Shown one piece after another: positions 59,876 through 64,000 of a DNA stretch of 64,000 nucleotides. Each line of letters starts with the position of its first letter. Within the stretch, counting starts at the first letter, position 1. The notes under the pieces were generated by a model. The model saw nothing but the letters and a program-made list of their open reading frames with translations. It had not been told where the DNA came from and searched no databases. This stretch comes from Cellulosimicrobium sp. GTDB taxonomy: Bacteria > Actinomycetota > Actinomycetes > Actinomycetales > Cellulomonadaceae. The position numbers were made by a program, and so were the translations under genes. The stretch covers positions 481 to 64,480 of the forward strand of contig JAQSXO010000001.1 of assembly GCA_029256625.1 (NCBI GenBank), in the 5' to 3' direction.

Positions 59876-60454
59876 TCAGCGGTCGCCCGTGTACCGGGGG
59901 TCGATCTCCTCGGGCGTGCGGGCCAGCAGGTGCGCGACCTGCTCGACGAGCACGTCCCGGACGAGGTCCTCGAGGTCCTCGGCGTCGAACGCACGGGCCT
60001 CGACCGGACGCCGGTAGACGACGATGCGAGCGGGCTGCCCGGACTCCGCGGGGAAGCACCGGCCGAGCGGTACGCCGCCGTCCTCCCAGGGGGCGGGGTC
60101 CGAGGGCGGGACGTCCTCGACCGCGAACTCCGTCCCGCGCAGCTGCTTGGCCCACGAGCGCTCGACCCGCTCGACGACGTCGACGACGACGTCGTCGAAC
60201 TTCTCCGCCCGCGTCCGGCTCGCCGGCGCGGTGGGCGGCAGGAGCGGTCCGCGGATCCCGCGGCCGCGGCGGTCCCGACGTCGCGGCACCGGGCCCTGGC
60301 CGCTCAGGCCCGGGGCACGGGGAGGGATGACGAGCTCGTCGAACGAGACCGGGGGAGGGGTGGCGGCACCGCGCCGCGACCAGCGGTCGCGGGCCCGGCG
60401 CCCCTTGCCGGCAGGTTCGGGTCGCGAGCCGGGGGACGGAGTGTTGCCACGCAC
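59876..60454 (-). CDS. Zincin-like metallopeptidase family protein (HExxH degenerate)
   Basis: RRDRRGRGIRGPL, RAEKFDD, EFAVEDVP, RIVVYRRPVE, VEQVAHLL, PEEIDP; GTG 7 nt after TAGAGT. Confidence 0.8.
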   Translation of the reverse strand: MRGNTPSPGSRPEPAGKGRRARDRWSRRGAATPPPVSFDELVIPPRAPGLSGQGPVPRRRDRRGRGIRGPLLPPTAPASRTRAEKFDDVVVDVVERVERSWAKQLRGTEFAVEDVPPSDPAPWEDGGVPLGRCFPAESGQPARIVVYRRPVEARAFDAEDLEDLVRDVLVEQVAHLLARTPEEIDPRYTGDR

Positions 60455-60568
60455 ACCGACGACTCTAGCCCGCAGGGACCCGGCGCAGCGCGCCACCCGG
60501 GGGCGGCGCGGGCACCGGGACGGCGTGTGCCGTCTCCGCGACACGCCCGGAGGGCGTAAGGTCAGCGC

Positions 60569-60922
60569 GTGAGATCCGTCAGGCAGTGCTCGCGCACGGC
60601 GTGCGTCCGTGCCGCCGTCGCGACCCTCACCTACGTCTACGCCGACTCCACGGCGGTCCTGGGCCCGCTCGCGCACCTCGCCGAGCCGCACAGCTACGAC
60701 CTGTGCGCCGAGCACGCGGAGCGGCTCACCGCGCCGCGCGGCTGGGAGGTCGTGCGCCTGTCGCCGCAGTTCGTCGAGACCGGCCCGAGCGACGACGACC
60801 TGTCGGCGCTCGCGGACGCGGTGCGGGAAGCGGGCAAGGTCCGGACGGAGCCCGAGCCGCCGGACGTCACCGAGGTGGGGCGTCGCGGGCACCTGCGCGT
60901 GCTGCGCGCCGAGGGCGACTGA
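60569..60922 (+). CDS. DUF3499 family protein
   Basis: RQCSRTAC..AVATLTYVYADSTAVLGPL..EPHSYDLC..HA..P.GW, RRGHLRVL. Confidence 0.9.
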   Translation: MRSVRQCSRTACVRAAVATLTYVYADSTAVLGPLAHLAEPHSYDLCAEHAERLTAPRGWEVVRLSPQFVETGPSDDDLSALADAVREAGKVRTEPEPPDVTEVGRRGHLRVLRAEGD

Positions 60923-60926
60923 CCCC

Positions 60927-61544
60927 TCAGACCCGGAGCGTGCGCACGAAGGCGTCGACCTCGTCGACGCGGGGGAGCGCACCGGCCTCGAGCGCGGCCC
61001 GCAGCGACGGGGCCGCGGCGTCCTTCGCGGAGAACGACGGGACGAGCGCGCGCCCGTCGGGCCCGGACGTCGGCCAGGCGATCGCGAGGTCGGGGTCGGT
61101 CGGGTCCACGCCGTGCTCGCGCTCGGGTGCGTACCCGCTCGAGCACAGGTAGACGACGGTCGCCCCGTCCTCGAGCGCCATGAACGCGTGCCCCACGCCC
61201 TCCGGGAGGAAGACGGCGCGGCGCTCGTGCACGTCGAGCGTCACCGCGTCCCACCGCCCGAACGTCGGCGAGCCGACACGCAGGTCGACGACGACGTCGA
61301 GCACGGACCCCGCCACGCACGTCACGTACTTCGCCTGACCCGGCGGGACGTCGGCGTAGTGCACGCCGCGGACCACCCCGGCGGCCGACACGGAGGCGTT
61401 CGCCTGCGCCAGGTCGAGGTCGCGACCGGTCGCCTCGCGCAGGGCCGACGCGGTGAACCACTCGAGGAAGACCCCCCGCTCGTCGAGGTGCTGGCGCGGC
61501 GTGAGCTCCCACGCGCCGGGGACGGTCAGCTCACGGGTGTCCAT
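60927..61544 (-). CDS. rmlC: dTDP-4-dehydrorhamnose 3,5-epimerase
   Basis: DERGVFLEWF, QAN.SVS..GVVRGVH, QAKYVTC, DLRVGSPTFG, GHAF, YLCS; GAGGAG SD. Confidence 0.93.
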   Translation of the reverse strand: MDTRELTVPGAWELTPRQHLDERGVFLEWFTASALREATGRDLDLAQANASVSAAGVVRGVHYADVPPGQAKYVTCVAGSVLDVVVDLRVGSPTFGRWDAVTLDVHERRAVFLPEGVGHAFMALEDGATVVYLCSSGYAPEREHGVDPTDPDLAIAWPTSGPDGRALVPSFSAKDAAAPSLRAALEAGALPRVDEVDAFVRTLRV

Positions 61545-61581
61545 GCTGCTCCTCGGTAGGGTGCGTGCGGAGGTGGTCGCG

Positions 61582-62484
61582 GTGCGATGGACGGTGACGG
61601 GTGCCGGTGGGATGCTCGGCACGGACCTCGTCGTCCTGCTGCGCTCGCGCGGCGAGGACGTCCGGGCGCTCGACCGTGCGGGCCTGGACGTCACTGACCC
61701 GGCGGCGGTCGACGCCACGGTGCGCGGGGCGGAGGTCGTCGTGAACGCCGCCGCGTACACCGCGGTGGACGCGGCGGAGGACGACGAGGCACGAGCGTTC
61801 GCCGTGAACGCGGTGGGGGCGCAGCACGTGGCCCGGGCCGCGGCCCGGCACGGGGCCCGGCTCGTCCACGTCTCGACGGACTACGTGTTCGACGGCGAGG
61901 CGAGCGGCACGGACGCGAGGCCCTACGCCGAGGACGCCGCGCTCGCTCCGCGCTCCGCGTACGGGCGCTCCAAGGCGGCCGGGGAGTGGGCGGTGCGGTC
62001 CGAGCATCCCGACGCCCTGGTCGTCCGCACCGCGTGGCTCTACGGCGCGCACGGCGCCTGCTTCCCCCGCACGATCGCCCGTCTCGCGCGCGAACGCGGG
62101 TCGGTCGACGTCGTCGACGACCAGGTCGGTCAGCCGACGTGGACCGTGGACCTCGCCGACCTCGTGGTGCGTCTCGTCGGCGCGGGAGCGCCCGGCGGTG
62201 CCTACCACGGGACGGCCCAGGGCCAGGCGTCGTGGTGGGAGCTCGCCCGGGAGGTGGTCGCGACCGTGGGCCTCGACCCGGAGAGCGTCCGGCCGACGTC
62301 GAGCGCGGCCTTCGCCCGTCCCGCGCCCCGTCCCGCGTGGTCCGTCCTGGGGCACGACGCGCTGCGCCGGCTCGGGGTCGAGCCGATCGGGGACTGGCGC
62401 GAGCGATGGGCCGCGGCGGCCTCGCGAGTCCTCGCCGGCGCCGAGGGTCCGGGCGCTCACTCGTCGAGCAGCGACAGCAGGTAG
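61582..62484 (+). CDS. rmlD: dTDP-4-dehydrorhamnose reductase
   Basis: [47 protein letters not shown]. Confidence 0.93.
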   Translation: MRWTVTGAGGMLGTDLVVLLRSRGEDVRALDRAGLDVTDPAAVDATVRGAEVVVNAAAYTAVDAAEDDEARAFAVNAVGAQHVARAAARHGARLVHVSTDYVFDGEASGTDARPYAEDAALAPRSAYGRSKAAGEWAVRSEHPDALVVRTAWLYGAHGACFPRTIARLARERGSVDVVDDQVGQPTWTVDLADLVVRLVGAGAPGGAYHGTAQGQASWWELAREVVATVGLDPESVRPTSSAAFARPAPRPAWSVLGHDALRRLGVEPIGDWRERWAAAASRVLAGAEGPGAHSSSSDSR

Positions 62485-63320
62485 GTGCCGTACCGCGACG
62501 GCGCGAGCGCGGTCGCCCGCTCGCGCAGCTCCTCGTCCGAGAGGAACCCGCGTCGCCACGCGACCTCCTCCGGCGCCCCGATCTTCAGCCCCTGCCGGTT
62601 CTCGATCGTGCGGACGAAGTCGCTCGCGTCGAGCAGCGAGTCGACCGTCCCGGTGTCGAGCCAGGCCGTACCGCGGGGCAGGACCTCGACCTGGAGCCGC
62701 CCCTCGCGCAGGTAGTGCAGGTTGACGTCGGTGATCTCGTACTCCCCGCGCGCCGACGGCCGGAGCGAGCGCGCGACGTCGACGACGTCGGCCGAGTAGA
62801 AGTAGAGGCCGGGGACCGCGTAGCTGCTCCGGGGGCGGGCCGGCTTCTCCTCGATGCTCAGCGCGCGCCCGGACCCGTCGAACTCGACCACGCCGTACGC
62901 CGTGGGGTCGGCGACGCGGTAGGCGAAGACGGCACCGCCGTCGATCCCGGCGAAGCGCTGGAGCCGGTCGCCGAGCCCCGGCCCGTAGAAGATGTTGTCG
63001 CCCAGGACGAGCGCCGCCGAGTCGCCGTCGAGGAACTCGGCCCCGAGCACGAAGGCCTGGGCGAGGCCGTTCGGCTCGGCCTGCACGGCGTAGGAGATCG
63101 AGACGCCGAGCTGCGACCCGTCCCCCAGCAGCCGGTGGAACGCCGACGCGTCGTGCGGGGTCGTGATGACCAGCACCTCGCGGATCCCGGCGAGCAGGAG
63201 CGTCGAGAGCGGGTAGTAGACCATCGGCTTGTCGTACACGGGCAGCAGCTGTTTGCTCACCCCGAGCGTGATCGGGTGCAGACGCGTGCCCGCGCCACCT
63301 GCCAGGACGATCCCCTTCAT
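62457..63320 (-). CDS. rmlA: Glucose-1-phosphate thymidylyltransferase
   Basis: [50 protein letters not shown]. Confidence 0.96.
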   Translation of the reverse strand: MKGIVLAGGAGTRLHPITLGVSKQLLPVYDKPMVYYPLSTLLLAGIREVLVITTPHDASAFHRLLGDGSQLGVSISYAVQAEPNGLAQAFVLGAEFLDGDSAALVLGDNIFYGPGLGDRLQRFAGIDGGAVFAYRVADPTAYGVVEFDGSGRALSIEEKPARPRSSYAVPGLYFYSADVVDVARSLRPSARGEYEITDVNLHYLREGRLQVEVLPRGTAWLDTGTVDSLLDASDFVRTIENRQGLKIGAPEEVAWRRGFLSDEELRERATALAPSRYGTYLLSLLDE

Positions 63321-63402
63321 CCCGGCAGGCTCTCACGAGCGGGAGGGCCGGGGGAGGGTGAAATGCCGTGCGACGCGCCGGTGCGCGCGGCCCCGTCGCT
63401 AG

Positions 63403-64000
<598 letters not shown>

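Overview
A very GC-rich actinobacterial window, most likely Micrococcales such as Cellulomonadaceae or Promicromonosporaceae (inferred from gene content and the whiB neighbourhood, not proven). It is almost entirely a cell-wall glycan locus of about 51 genes. The left end has two LCP glycan-peptidoglycan ligases; the right end has the conserved TIGR03089-whiB-GT2-DUF5719-zincin-DUF3499 block followed by rmlC/D/A/B. Three modules lie between: (1) a diacetamido-uronic-acid-type pathway (WbpA/D/E/I-like) with many glycosyltransferases, a PglK/MsbA-type ABC flippase, O-acyltransferases and two CWB2-repeat surface proteins; (2) a mycobacterial-galactan-like module (glf, GlfT1-like, two GlfT2-like, Wzm/Wzt, a GT-C membrane protein); (3) a putative lipid-linked amino-sugar decoration system (GT-C, GtrB-like GT2, aminotransferase, epimerase, acyltransferase, Gfo/Idh/MocA dehydrogenase, YbhN-like flippase) plus LhgO. 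Three secreted wall hydrolases carry three different anchor repeats (CWB2, FG-GAP-like, LGFP). rmlB appears to lack about 15 codons in frame. I saw no rRNA, tRNA, CRISPR array, transposase or integrase. All calls come from motif recognition by eye; no searches were run, and several start codons were moved from the ORF track using SD or -10 evidence.
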